This document shows positions 12,619 to 26,632 of a DNA stretch of 64,000 nucleotides, one piece after another; the first letter of the stretch is position 1; every line of letters begins with the position of its first letter. The stretch covers positions 434,001-498,000 of the forward strand of contig CATNEN010000038.1 in assembly GCA_950097015.1 (NCBI GenBank). The letters run 5' to 3'. Source of the stretch: Macrostomum hystrix. Its lineage: Eukaryota; Animalia; Platyhelminthes. Both the position numbers and the translations under genes were made by a program. The notes under the pieces are model-generated. The model searched no databases, had not been told where the DNA came from, and worked only from the letters and a program-made list of their open reading frames with translations.

Positions 12619-12985
12619 TACTTTACTTATTTGCAGGGGGGCCTGGGGCACTTGACGCACAAGCACAGGAACGGCATGCCCCCAGGCCGGCGAACTGGAG
12701 TCGACCATCGCGCCATCTGGACCCCTGAACTCAGGCACCTCACGCACAGCAGCAATCCAAGCAGGGAACGGGCGGCAGCCGGAGTGCCTCTCACCCCAGG
12801 CCCGCACACGCACAGAGCAGACCAAACCAGGGGAGGACTTAGATGCCTGAAGGGTAGGGATGAGAGTACACATTGGTGCACACCCACCCCACCCCCATAC
12901 AACGCCTCACACCCGGCCCAACGCACAAACTATTTAAAACAAACAACGCACAAACACAAACAAGCAGGCATGCAGAAGGGGTTAA
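12619..12985 (-). mobile_element. Probable retroposon 3' end (GC-rich segment, terminal stem-loop, AAGT-type tail)
   Basis: GGCCTGGGGCA...TGCCCCCAGGCC hairpin followed on minus by AAATAAGTAAAGTAAGT. Layout resembles the 3' end of the LINE at 54342. Confidence 0.4.
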
Positions 12986-15845
12986 GCTAGTTTAAATTAG
13001 CTTTGGTTGCACAGAATAAGGTGCATCTCCGCAAGTCACTACTTCGCAAACCTCCAACTAAGCCCCGAAATAATCGTGACTTGGAGGGAGGAACGAACCA
13101 GCGACCATTGGAAACTGAGGCAGCGACATTAGCCGCTGACCCACTCCACAAGGCTTACACTGCAAGTCAGTATAGATTTAAAAGATTTAAAATTGTTTTC
13201 AAATTTCAACAGTTTGTCAATGCTTTTGACCTTCCAGCTTCTCTAGAGCTTCACATGGTACTTACTTGGCTGAGAATTTCTCTAAATTCACTCATCTACA
13301 GGCCCTGGAGAAAGTACACTTGGCCAGAGAAAATCTTTGAAAAGTCACTTTGTTGAGGTGCAGCGAAAGTTTTACCTGGGGATTATTCGTACTGTTAATT
13401 ACGAACGCAGTTATAATTTTGTCGCAGAATCTCCATTCGGGACTTGGTTTTACTGAAAAAATGCTTCCGGAAAATTAGCCCGTACTAGCTGCACGCAGCA
13501 TATTGTACTATAGGCCATTGTGCTTATTTAATTGCAAAACTGTGTATCTTAGGTCAGGAAGTTCTATAGTTAAGAGTTTCTGCAACCAACTCAGGATTAC
13601 ATTGTCAATGTAATGCCTTCGCTCGTATTCTCCCAATGGTTAATATTGTGTCCTGACTAAAGGTACCAAATCTGTGCTGCTAAAGTACACCTACAATTTA
13701 TCCTGGATCAGTTTCATGCTACTCAATGACGCAGCTTCGATTTAGTCCCCGGGGGCCTCGAAGCGAAACGTCGCAGCGTTGACTCCGATGAAGCAAATCC
13801 ATCGCATATCCCCGGGCAAAGCCGCCCAAGCAGCTCAACATGCCGAGCAATTACGCTGCAACGAATGGCTGGATCAAAGAGCTCAGCAGAGACAGATGGA
13901 AGACTCATTTATTCGGTCTGAGACGCGGGGGAGAGCTTGTCACAAAGACGCTGCATCGACAGTCCTGTACGGCCTTGCAATTACCTTAATTGCGGGCGTT
14001 TTCTGTCTGGTGAAATGCGCCCCTCGCGCATCACGAAGGATGTCAAATTCATATTTGATTTTCATTGTTTTTTGCCTAATATGACACGCGCTGATGGTGA
14101 GTACTTTTAATTTTCTCTAATAATAGTCAGAAGCTGTCAATTAGAAAGTTTCCTCAAACCTACGGCTTGTGGAAACTAAACTAGTCAAGTCAACAACAGT
14201 CAAACTGCTGTCAGTTTCCATTCGATTTGTTCCACGGTAAACTACACTCGAACAAAAATAGCAAGCCTCAGACTGAACGGAAGAAATTTTGTCTTCGAAT
14301 CGCAAATTCTAGCTATCAATCATTAAGTCACCATTTTTCATGTTATGATAGTCAAACTCTACATTTAATGCAAGGTGTGACACAAATGGAGCCTTAACGG
14401 GTATTTTCCCATCAGAATTTGGTTGAAAAATAAATCCACAAACTTTCTCTTGACTGAGTCGGTGCAGTGCACACCTGTGCCTCCAAAGCAATATTGATTG
14501 CGCATGGCTATCAGGAAAGACAAGTGTCCTGAATCCTCAGCATCCACCCAGAGCAATCACATGACATGTTTCTCCAGCTTTGTCTACGATTCCTGTCTTT
14601 TGTATTGATTGGCACTACAGTGGGCATGTAGGACGTTAGCTTATCTGATGCTGTTTCAATATCAGATTTGGCCTTCTTGTTAGAGGACAATCCTATAAAT
14701 AGCCATTGATATTCTCTAGACGTTTGATCATAAAAAAGCCTAGCGCAGTTCCTATATCGGTGCCAGATTATTTTAGATACAAATTATGATTATTGAAGTC
14801 ATTATCATCTGTTCATGAATGTATTAAATTGAATTGATGTCGAATGTCTATGATCAAAACTCAGGGTTTACAACGGACAAAAATATTGGACTCACACTGC
14901 CCTAGAATGTTAACGCACTCGACAGCCTGGTGTGAATCTATAGTTATTGGTATAAGCCTCATAACTCCCTAATCCTCAGCGCCTCAAACGCACGCTTCGT
15001 GCACTTGTGCCTTTTTGCCATAGACGCACTCGTTTTCGTGTGGGAATTATGCATTCCCGCACGCTAAATCAAATAAGAATGCCGCACACTTCTCATTTTA
15101 GATGCATTTAATATCAGGACACGGCCGAGTCTATGGTAAAAAACCTCTCATACTACGTGGGTCTCACGATATAAATAACAGCGAAATCGTTAGTCAATGA
15201 TGTCGATGCACGCCTCTATCGTGCAGCAACGACCATAGACATTCGTGTCCAGGTCGTTGCTGAACTCAAAAGCCGTTCGTCATCTCTCCAATAACAGTCG
15301 TGTAATCGTAAAATTTATTGCTTCAATTTTTAAGACGTTCACAGATTCACAAATTCCTGAATTTCTAAGGAATTCTTTCTGAATAATTTACAACTCAAAG
15401 TTATCCTGCGTTAGCTCCAGTCACGGAAGCAGCGGTCAGCAAATTCCATTGCTTCAAATACTTCCAATGGGCACTTGAAATCTGCCTGTTGTCACGAGTG
15501 GAATTAGCAATGAGATTGCAAAGCTGAATGAGCGGGATGCTGAGAAACCAACTTTATCAGCTGGGAGAAACACTAAAGACTAAGGGATCAGTGGGATTTG
15601 ATCAGCGATAGCACAGTCTGTTCCTCATTTTTAGCTGGTAATCCCACCAGCTCATTTTTTCTCCCGAGATTAGAGCAGCTAAATTCTGTTGCTCGAATTT
15701 TCTCAAATTTGCAATCATGCGAGCGTTATGAGGGTTAATTTACATCGAGAAAAAATCTGTTTTTTCACCTTAAACGGTTTAAGAATTCAGGCAAAAGAAC
15801 TTCCAGATCGTAAAAAATTGTCAGAACTCAAATTTCTAACCAATA

Positions 15846-16365
15846 TTATCACCAAATCCTAATCCAAAGCTGTTATTACCAAATCCTAATCCAAAGCTGT
15901 TATCACCAAATCCTAATGCAAAGCTCTTATCACCAAATCCATATCCAAAGCCCTTATCACCAAGTCCTAATCCAAAGCTGTTATCACCAAATCCTAATGC
16001 AAAGCTGTTATCACCAAGTCCTAATCCAAAGCCCTTATCACCAAATCCTAATCCAAAGCTGTTATCACCAAATCCTTATCCAAAGCTGTTATCACCAAAT
16101 CATAATCTAAAGCTCTTATCACCAAATCCTTATCCAAAGCTGTTATTACCAAATCCTTATCCAAAGCTGTTATCACCAAGTCCCAATCCAAAGCCCTTAT
16201 CACCAAATCCTAATGCAAAGCCCTAATCACCAAATCCTAATGCAAAGCTCTTATCACCAAATCCTTATCCAAAGCCCTTATCACCAAATCCTAATGCAAA
16301 GCTGTTATCACCAAATCCTTATCCAAAGCTGTTATCACCAAATCCTAATACAAAGCTCTTATCAC
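15846..16365. repeat. 27-bp minisatellite, about 19 copies (TTATCACCAAATCCTAATCCAAAGCTG)
   Basis: Tandem units are directly visible. Confidence 0.95.
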
Positions 16366-17029
16366 TAGCCTACAGGGCTCTCACTTAAACAATTTCAAAT
16401 CTAGAAAGTAGACAATTGAAACTAAATCAGACTAAAGCGCTTGTCTCACCTAGAAAATGATCTCCTGGGTCCCCTCGCGGTTCTGTGATCAATGTCCCTG
16501 TAGTAAGGACCTTCGTCCATGTGCTCAGCTGCGAGTTCTCTCACAATGGTCTCTTGCTAGTGAATAGCTGAGATAAAAGGATCACGGACAGATTGTCAGC
16601 ATCGTGGCTGGCCAAAAAAGCAAAGAATAATGACAAGGCAAGGAGCTCTCTCGCTAATTGACAAAATTCTGTCTAGCGTGTTCTGAAAGCGGTTTCCGTT
16701 TTCCAGCGATCTCTTCTAGCAGGCTAAAAAAGATCGCGTCATTTTAGTATTGGCGCAACTGCTCAGGGCGGACACTGCTCAGTGACTGGCTGCTTCTCTG
16801 CTTTGAAGCTTGGCGCCCCAGGCAAGCCTGCCAATGGCGAGACGGCGAGACCCGGGAAAATGAGAATGGGCGGCCTTGTTTAACTGCTTGGCTGATCATG
16901 CTCACGGCAGAACGAGACGCAGATTTCACTTGCTCAATGCTGGAGCTGATATGGCTACAATGCCACAGTCTTTTGTCTCTACAGTATAGTTTCTGTACAT
17001 TTTGCATTTGCACATTGTATTGTCTGTAC

Positions 17030-17856
17030 GGTGTAATGTCTGTACTGTGTAATGTCTGTACAGTGTAATGTATGTACAGTGTATTGTCTGTACAGTGTAA
17101 TGTCTGTACAGTGTAATGTATGTACAGTGTAATGTCTGTACAGTGTAATGTATGTACAGTGTATTGTCTGTACATTGTAATGTATGTACAGTGTAATGTA
17201 TGTACAGTGTATTGTCTGTACAGTGTAATGTATGTACAGTGTGATGTCTGTACATTGTAATGTCTGTACTGTGTAATGTATGTACTGTGTAATGTCTGTA
17301 CAGTGTAATGTCTGTACATTGTAATGTCTGTACAGTGCAATGTCTGTACATTGTAATGTCTGTACTGTGTAATGTATGTACAGTGTAATGTCTGTACATT
17401 GTAATGTCTGTACAGTGTAATGTCTGTACTGTGTAATGTCTGTACAGTGTAATGTCTGTACAGTGTAATGTATGTACAGTGCAATGTCTGTACATTGTAA
17501 TGTCTGTACAGTGTAATGTCTGTACAGTGTAATGTATGTACAGTGTAATGTCTGTACAGTGTAATGTCTGTACAGTGTAATGTATGTACAGTGTAATGTC
17601 TGTACATTGTAATGTCTGTACTGTGCAATGTATGTACTGTGTAATGTCTGTACAGTGTAATGTCTGTACATTGTAATGTCTGTACAGTGCAATGTCTGTA
17701 CATTGTAATGTCTGTACTGTGTAATGTCTGTACTGTGTAATGTCTGTACAGTGTAATGTCTGTACTGTGTAATGTCTGTACAGTGTAATGTATGTACTGT
17801 GTAATGTCTGTACAGTGTAATGTATGTACATTGTAATGTCTGTACTGTGTAATGTC
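17030..17856. repeat. 16-bp minisatellite, about 50 copies (TGTAATGTCTGTACAG)
   Basis: Tandem units are directly visible. Confidence 0.96.
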
Positions 17857-18589
17857 GTGCTCACTCTAAGAAACTAAGTATAAAGAATGTTTCTATCCAG
17901 TCTTCTGATGTGTTTACAGTTTTTTACAACAAACAGTTGACATCAGTGCCACAGCATGCTTTCAAATTGTCAACATGGGGTTTTGTTTTCAACCGCGGTG
18001 GCGTAGTTTTCTGGGAAAGATTCAAGAAAAGGAAGACAGATCAAACAGCAACCACTCAGACAGCAAAAAATTCTATTGTGACTCTGGAAATTCTAAAAAT
18101 ACCGCACGCTGGTGAATATTTGCTAGCTGCAAGAGTTGGGGCAAAAAATCCTGGGGACAATGAATCAAATGGGATTTCTCTGCTGCAACGGGAGAACGAG
18201 TGAATGAATGAATGAATGCAGCGACAATTTGGAGGATTAGCGCCATGGGAAGCTGGGGATGAATGAAAATTTCATGGTGGGCAAATTAGAAACAGGAAAT
18301 TAGACAGGAGATTGAGAGCTTGTTATGGGGGTGGACTTACATTAATTCCTGGGATGTAACACATGTTCTAGCTCGGCACATTGTGTTTGTTAAGTTATCT
18401 TGGGATGAAAAACTGGCAAAGTTTGGATGATAATCTGTGCTCTGTGTTTGGCATCACAGCGGTTTTATTCGGATCATAGATCAGCCTTCATTGATAAAAA
18501 ATGTCTGCTGGAATCGTCACTGGAGAACACCGACTTATATTCTTTCCAATGTACCTTTCCAATCTGAACTCATTCAATATATGAGACAC

Positions 18590-19027
18590 TCAGCCACTCC
18601 CAAACTCACTCAGTCACTCTCAGACTCACTCAGTCACTCTCAGACTCACTCAGTCACTCTCAAACTCACTCAGTCACTCTCACACTCACTCAGTCACTCT
18701 TAGACTCACTCAGTCACTCCAAGACTCACTCAGTCACTCTCAGACTCACTCAGTCACTCTTAGATTCACTCTGAACTCGTTCAGTCACTGTCAGACCTCA
18801 TTCTGTCACCCAGACTCCTACTGTCACTCCCAGACTCCAACTGTCACTCCCAGACTCCTACTGTCACTCCCAGACTCCAACTGTCACTCCCAGACTTCAA
18901 CTGTCACTCCCAGACTCCAACTGTCACTCCCAGACTCCAGCTGTCACTCCCAGACTCCAACTGCCACTCCCAGACTCCAACTGTCACTCCCAGTCTCCTA
19001 CTGTCACTCCCAGACTCCAACTGTCAC
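18590..19027. repeat. Two adjacent related 20-bp arrays (CACTCAGTCACTCTCAGACT, then CTGTCACTCCCAGACTCCAA)
   Basis: Directly visible. The units share GTCACTCYCAGACT. Confidence 0.93.
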
Positions 19028-19577
19028 ACCTAGGCGGATAATCCCATGGGGATTTTCTGCCTACCTCGCAAGCGACAGTAAGAATCTTGCAGTTTTTGGC
19101 TCCTAGAATCTCCCGTTTCCTGTATCTCGGTTCGTTCGTCAATCTAATCCCCAGAGGCAGTAGCAGACCCAAGCGTCTCAACTTTCCTTGCCTCCCGAGC
19201 TCTCCTGTCTGAGTTAGTTCTGGGGATCAGGTTAATGAGGCAAGTCATTAGATTCTCGCGGCTGGGCTGATAAATGAGAGAGCGAGAAATAGGAGGAGAG
19301 CGAATTAAAATTCAGGTGGCAGGCCTGGCAACAGATCCTAGCATTGAATTTGGCGCTGAAAACAGATAAGCCAGCGGAAAGACGGGAATTTTTTCATTTT
19401 CTAAGAAATACGATCACGAGGAAAAATTTCTGCCAATGGAAATTAGCACTGCGCATGTCATAGACTGTCAGGTTTTTACCAAAATTGCAAAAACCTTTTC
19501 TTGAACTTAAAAAAATGTGAAATTCTATGAAACACTAATTAGTGAACTTTTCTTAAAAAGCTAACCTATCACAGTTT

Positions 19578-19579
<2 letters not shown>

Positions 19580-19620
<41 letters not shown>

Positions 19621-19621
19621 G

Positions 19622-19717
<96 letters not shown>

Positions 19718-19792
19718 CTGGGTGTCTGTCTGTATGTCTGTCTGTCTGTCTGTCCGTCTGTCTGTCCTGGGTGTCTGTCTGTCTGTCTGTCT
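19580..19792. repeat. (TCTG)n microsatellite
   Basis: Directly visible. Confidence 0.97.
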
Positions 19793-20499
19793 GAGAGAGA
19801 TTAACAGTAAAATATCGAGTTATGAATGCACAAATCAGGCAAGCGAGTTTTGCGAGCGCGTGACAATTGTCTTGATCCAGGATAATACTTGCAACGTTTT
19901 TGCTTCGCTTCGCAAATCGCCAATTTTTTGCCATAACCGGTTGATTGCACCGAAATAAAGACCGTAATTCAACTCTTTACAACCTAAAAAACTGCTTTTC
20001 AACACTGAAATCTTTGTGGGGTATTCTATACTATATATTAAGTATATTGGTTCGATCCTCTAATTATCCCACCGATATCTTGTGTACTAAAAGCTGCCCT
20101 GTTTGACGATGCTTGGCACAGCTGCTGCACAGTTAATATTTTGAAGGTTTCTGATCTATCTAGTGTCCACTGTCTTTCTTGGCTGGGGGATTAATTTCTT
20201 CTTAGTCGCATTTTTACCAGGATTTCATCTAATCCTGAGCGTTAATATCTTACTTCCAGCCTTCTATAATCCCTCATCTGGGTGGCTGAGTAAGCTTTGA
20301 ATAAAAAATTCGTCATATATCCGAATTTCACTACTGTCAGTAGAAATATGCGGCAAAATGATTCGAAAAAACTTTTCAGTTCTGCTTCTTCGAGAGAGCT
20401 TTGGAGGAGAAAAGGGCAGTACAGAAGCTAAAATTTAGTGAAGCAGAACAATACCCCATCGTTGTATCAAATATTTGAGTAGACTTGAGCATAGCCAGT

Positions 20500-20700
20500 G
20501 GCAAGTGTTCAGTCCGCGGACTTGGGACATCCCCACATCAAACCCAAACTTCTAACCCAGCTGATGCTGCAACCAATTTGACATCTGGCTGGCCTGTAGC
20601 AACGGAGAATCTAATTATTGGTTCAAGGACACAAACGGTTTGGCTGAGATCCGAAACACCGACCTCTCGAGTCGCTGGACCAGAGGATACACAAAGCACA
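20500..20700 (-). mobile_element. Old diverged SINE family A copy
   Basis: TGTTCAGTCCGCGGACTTGGG matches the family A body (TGTTCAGTCCATGGACTGGG). Degenerate tRNA-like head and GTGTCCTTG on the minus strand. Confidence 0.45.
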
Positions 20701-21905
20701 GCGTAAATGAAAAAATACAACCTACCTTGGCATGCCCGATTGCTGAGTGATTTTAGAGCTGAAAAGTATTTTGCTTGCCAAGCGCTGACTGAAAACGCAA
20801 ACATTTTTCTGGAATATTTATACCCGAAATTTCTCATCCGTGCTGACGGATTGCTTTAATCAAGTTTTTACTTTAATTAACAGATTTTCTAAGAACACAG
20901 CTCAACTAAATGTATAGGGACGGCTGCGAATGAAGTTTAGAAAGAAGCATTTCATTTAGGCCAAGAAAAAAATACATTAATATGAAGCACCTAATACCTT
21001 AGCTTTTTGGACCAAGTGCAAAAAATGCGTGTTGTCTACTAAAAGTAGTGCAGTTTTTAATTCGCGTTACCTAAATTTCAATGGGAATGAAAATATTTAA
21101 GCAATACTGTTGCATTAAATGGAGAAAAACGCAGGTAACACCAGTTTCATGAAAGTAATTGTAAAGTTTATTTGTTTTATGATAAGCTAGATAATTGTTC
21201 TAAATCATAGCAGTGCCAGTTTTAGCTAGGCATTTTCGCTTAAAGTGCATTTCGCTGCACATTTAGCTAGCTCAAACTTAAAAAATTAAAGCAGATCTAT
21301 AAAGTTTACGGCGTTACAACTTTTACAGTTTAAAATGACTGCAAAATAACAAATTCCTTTTTCATATACTGAGAGGATAGGCAGACACATTGAGATGATC
21401 CGAAATTTTGACTATATTCCGGTTTTCATACACACGTCCTATTGTCACCGCCTGCGGTAACACAGTCCATTCTCTCTTTCTCTCATTTCTGTTGCCATCC
21501 AAAGTTGCTATGGCAACAGCCTGGCAGAAGCCATCCAGTTGAGCTGGGGGGAAGCAGGAACTCTTGTAGGAGCAGAGTAGAAGCAATGGGAGGGGAAGAG
21601 AGCTCAGGTTGTGACAGAGGCAGTTTGAGCAGGACAGAGAGTTGAGCCTGTCGGATGAGGCGGTCGTCGCGGGTTTGTAACGACAATTTTTTCCAAGCTG
21701 CGGAGCAGAAATGGTGTGAGTACTCTCTAGACAATGGGATGTCGGGGAATGGGATGTGGGAACAGACAGCGAGGGAGACGAACTGTTGGGCCCGGATTAA
21801 AATGGGGTTAAAAAGCGATTGTAGTCAGCAGGCGGGAAGGAGAAGCCGAGAATGCAGAGACCCGGCTGAGCCTACTCATTGATCAGCTCAGAAATCAGCT
21901 CCGGC

Positions 21906-24900
21906 ATGACCGCCATTGCTCCCCTGGAATCCCCGCTGCATCACGATGAGCAGCTGCAGCCGCCGCCAGCCGCTGAATCGCGTCGTGACTCGATGGCAGG
22001 CTCGGCGGTCATCCTGCGCTCGCTGGCGCAGTCGCGCGCCTCGCTGCGCCGACGCCAGTCGCAGGCTGTCGCCGGTGGGAGCCGGCCGCAGTCAGCGAAT
22101 CGGGTCCTGTTGCAGGCGCGTCGGGACGAGGAGCGCGACTTTCGCTGCCAGTTTTTCACGGCCGTCGCGTTGGCGGTGCTCGGCGCGGCTCTGTGCGTTG
22201 CTGGCGTCGGCTTGGCGGCCTACGGGCTGCCGACACCCGACCGGCTGCAGAGAGACTACGGCGAGTTGAGCGCTAGCGACCGCGTCAACGTAAGCTGATT
22301 GACTCTCGGGAGTATCTTGATTATCTGGTAGACTCTCGGGAGTATCTTGATTATCTGATTGACTCTCGGGAGTATCTTGATTATCTGATTGACTCTCGGG
22401 AGTATCTTGATTATCTGATTGACTCTCGGGAGTATCTTGATTATCTGATTGACTCTCGGGAGTATCTTGATTATCTGATTGACTCTCGGGAGTATCTTGA
22501 TTATCTGATTGACTCTCGGGAGTATCTTGATTATCTGATTGACTCTCGGGAGTATCTTGATTATCTGATTGACTCTCGGGAGTATCTTGATTATCTGATT
22601 GACTCTCGGGAGTATCTTGATTATCTGATTGACTCTCGGGAGTATCTTGATTATCTGATTGACTCTCGGGAGTATCTTGATTATCTGATTGACTCTCGGG
22701 AGTATCTTGATTATCTGATTGACTCTCGGGAGTATCTTGATTATCTGATTGACTCTCGGGAGTATCTTGATTATCTGATTGACTCTCGGGAGTATCTTGA
22801 TTATCTGATTGACTCTCGGGAGTATCTTGATTATCTGGTTGACTCTCGGGAGTATCTTGATTATCTGATTGACTCTCGGGAATATCTTGATTATCTGATT
22901 GACTCTCGGGAGTATCTTGATTATCTGATTGACTCTCGGGAGTATCTTGATTATCTGATTGACTCTCGGGAGTATCTTGATTATCTGGTAGACTCTCGGG
23001 AGTATCTTGATTATCTGGAAGACTCTCGGGAGTATCTTGATTATCTGATTGACTCTCGGGAGTATCTTGATTATCTGATTGACTCTCGGGAGTATCTTGA
23101 TTATCTGGTAGACTCTCGGGAGTATCTTGATTATCTGATTGACTCTCGGGAATATCTTGATTATCTGATTGACTCTCGGGAGTATCTTGATTATCTGATT
23201 GACTCTCGGGAGTATCTTGATTATCTGGTAGACTCTCTGGAGTATCTTGATTATCTAGTAGACTCTCGGGAGTATCTTGATTATCTGGTAGACTCTCGGG
23301 AGTATCTTGATTATCTGATTGACTCTCGGGAGTATCTTGATTATCTGGTAGACTCTCGGGAGTATCTTGATTATCTGATTGACTCTCGGGAGTATCTTGA
23401 TTATCTGATTGACTCTCGGGAGTATCTTGATTATCTGATTGACTCTCGGGAGTATCTTGATTATCTGGTAGACTCTCGGGAGTATCTTGATTATCTGATT
23501 GACTCTCGGGAGTATCTTGATTATCTGGTAGACTCTCGGGAGTATCTTGATTATCTGATTGACTCTCGGGAGTATCTTGATTATCTGATTGACTCTCGGG
23601 AATATCTTGATTATCTGATTGACTCTCGGGAGTATCTTGATTATCTGGTAGACTCTCGGGAGTATCTTGATTATCTGGTTGACTCTCGGGAGAATCTTGA
23701 TTATCTGGTTGACTCTCGGGAGTATCTTGATTATCTGGTTGACTCTCGGGAGAATCTTGATTATCTGGTTGACTCTCGGGAGTATCTTGATTATCTGATT
23801 GACTCTCGGGAGTATCTTGATTATCTGGTTGACTCTCGGGAGTATCTTGATTATCTGGTTGACTCTCGGGAGTATCTTGATTATCTGGTAGACTCTCGGG
23901 AGTATCTTGATTATCTGATTGACTCTCGGGAGTATCTTGATTATCTGCCGAAGCTTCAAGAATTACTAAAGTAAACGGATACAATACTCGAAATCCATGG
24001 AACAGTTTTTGAAGGCCACTTAATGAAATTATTTCGCTTTTAAACGGGCGGACACAGGATTTTAGTGTTTTTAGCGGCGACCCAGAAAATTCATACAACC
24101 TTATTATTATATAATCTTTATTTACTGAGCCTACCCTCATTCGGTCAGATGTGCAGTCGACAGCCCAGCCCTGAGTTCCCTGAGCTCAATTCAGCGGCCA
24201 CATTCATTTGGGAGAGAAGGCTTTGGGGGCTTGTCGTACAATTGATGCCCTTGAGGACCAACCTCCAAGGCACAGTGAGAGTGTACACTGCCTGACGATG
24301 AGCAGGGCAGGGCAGATGTACACGCCTGTGTGAGCATATGCCTGCGCACAGTATCTGTGTACATGTGTGTTAAGGAGTCAGAGAAATGTGCAGAATTGCC
24401 TCCTTGCTGCTACGGGTCAAGTGTCACCAAAGGATGTGCCATTGCCGCAGCCTTTCTGCAAATATATTTTTACCGTCCTGAGTTCGTATCCTTGACAAGG
24501 CCCCATTAATTTGGGTACCAGCCGGGGAGTAGTGATAGATTCAATGGCCTCAAAATGTGCAATTCATTGGCAACTGTTCACCCATATGTCTGTGTGCTCG
24601 TCAGTATACGTGAGTTTAGGTGTCTGCAGAACGTGCGAAATTCAGTGCTGCGTCACTTTAACTTTGTTAATGCTGCTATCTCCGGCAGGTCGAGGTCCGC
24701 CTGATGCTGTACGGAAGACTCGGCGGCCTGCTGCTGGGCGCTGGCATATTCTTTATCATCGTGCTGCTGGTGATCGGACTGGACTACAAAGTATATCTTG
24801 ACCGACTCAAGCCCGTTGAGAACGTTGTGGCCGAGATGAATCGGCGCCTGTACGCGAACATCATGCAGAACTTGCGCAAAGTCGCGTCCGACGATGACAC

Positions 24901-26632
24901 GACCAGCCTGTCGACCAGTCACCGTTCGTCTGATCGGCGCTCTTCAATTGCTTTGGTCGGCAAAAACGGCGGCAGCAGTGTCGCTCTCCGCATGTCGCGT
25001 CCGTCAACAGCGTCCGGGCCACGCCGAAATTCCCTGGCCAATCTGATTCACAACGGCGGCAGGCGCAACTCGCTGCCAGTGAAGGAGCAGCAGCGCATGC
25101 AGCTCAGCCCTACCTGGAAGGTTAACAACGGATTTGACTTCTCTCAAGAGTCAATCGACCAACTGAAAGACAATGGAGAAAGCGATGGGAATGCAGGTGG
25201 GGGAGTTGGAGGCGGCATTTCATCGCTGGACGATCTGTTCAGCCGCACCGCCAGCCCGAAATCGCCGTTTCCGATGGAAGGCATCGCAGAGGAAGGGACT
25301 GCCGTGCCAGCGACCACAGCACAGCCAGCTCCCGCGACTGACGCGACGGCCACAACAGCCACGGCCACAATCACAGACGAGACATCAACCCAGAAAGCCG
25401 CTTCTGCTCCAGCTGAGGCGACAAAAGAAACGAGGACCTCGGCGACTCGCCCATTGACACCTCTAATCGATGGAGCACCCGAGGGTGGCCAGGAAGACAG
25501 GGGACAGGCCAGGCCTAGTGATGCAAACAACACCGCTGCCGCACCAAAATTTGACGCTAAGCAGCAACTAGCGCGAAAGGATTCCGATAGCAGCAGATCG
25601 ACCACTGCTGCAGCCACCAGACCACCCACTGCTGCAGCCACCAGGCCGCCCACTGCTGCAGCCACCAGACCGCCCACTGCTGCAGCCACCAGACCGCCCA
25701 CTGCTGCAGCCACCAGACCGCCCACTGCTTCAGCCACCAGACCGCCCACTGCTGCAGCTAGCAAGAGACCCAGCCAGCCATCGTTGTCGCAGGCAGTGGC
25801 TTCAACAGTGGCTGCCACGCGACGACCACAGACATCTCGCCAGGCATCTGTTGCCTTAGCGTCGGCAAGACAAAGCACTGCTATGACAGCAGGAAGCTCT
25901 CGTCAGCAGCAGCCTCAGCAGCAGCAGCAGAAGCAGTCTAAGCCGCAACAGCAGGAACAACTACAAAATCGTCAGTTCACGGCATCGACGTCTAGACATT
26001 CGCGACCAAAGACCACTCGACCATCAGGTCTTGAACAGGATCAGCAGGCAGAGCGACCGGAAACAGGATTCTGTCGCGAATACACCATGGTGTTTGAAAG
26101 CGATCGCGAATCGAACAGCGGAAGCTCCTCAGCGTCGGACGAGGAAGTTCTTTACGAACAAGGTGGCGAAGGCGGTGCCAGTGGCGGCTCGCAGAACAAT
26201 CTCAATCAACCAGGTGCGGAGAAGCCCCTTAAGGAGAAGCTATGGCGGGAAGACACAACCGACGAAAATGCATCACAGGACCAGGGCATTATTGAGGAGA
26301 TGACTCGAGAGATTTATCGCAACCTGGAGCTGGACAAAATCGGCCAAAACTCGTCTGGCTTGAGTACCTCTGCCACTCATCAGCGACAGGCTGCCGCAGG
26401 TGGCGAGTCCGGAATCAGTGTCCAGGTGCATGTTCACGTACACGTCAGCAAGAGTAGCTCACCGAACCGCCAGGAGCAGCGACAACAGCAGCAGCAGGAG
26501 CAGCAGCAGGAGCAGCAGCAGGAGCAGCAGCAGGAGCAGCAGCAGGAGCAGTCTGGTCAGCAATCTGCTTCAGCCCCGAAACCGAAACCAAGTCTGAATA
26601 TGCTTTCTTTTGAACACGATGGGGCCATCTAA
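21906..26632 (+). CDS. Orphan two-TM membrane protein with long low-complexity cytoplasmic tail (about 775 aa; exons 21906-22289, 24689-26632)
   Basis: AAC|GTAAGC donor and GGCAG|GTC acceptor join two ORFs in phase 0. Hydrophobic segments FFTAVALAVLGAALCVAGVGLAAYG and LGGLLLGAGIFFIIVLLVIGL flank a short loop. The start codon is not certain. Confidence 0.8.
22296..23946. repeat. 30-bp intronic minisatellite, about 55 copies (CTGATTGACTCTCGGGAGTATCTTGATTAT)
   Basis: Directly visible. Starts 6 nt into the intron. Confidence 0.98.
24170..24465 (+). mobile_element. SINE family B copy (5'-truncated), followed by another head fragment at about 24475-24520
   Basis: Reverse complement of 7120-7420 (GGCTTGTCGTRCAATT...CCTCCAAGGCACAGTGAGAGTGTAC...GTGCCATTGCC). 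Confidence 0.8.

Noticed and set aside
16744-17864. Three overlapping His/Thr/Tyr-rich ORFs
   Set aside because: Translations of the 16-bp array in all frames, with no coding signal.
22092-24140. 682-aa minus-strand ORF (SDNQDTPESQ repeats) and the overlapping 234-aa ORF
   Set aside because: Stop-free reading of a 30-bp intronic array, antisense to a well-supported spliced gene.
24290-24390. CTGACGA...GAAA resembling a hammerhead ribozyme core in SINE B
   Set aside because: The 7.1k copy has CTGGCGA at this position, and I could not form stems II and III.
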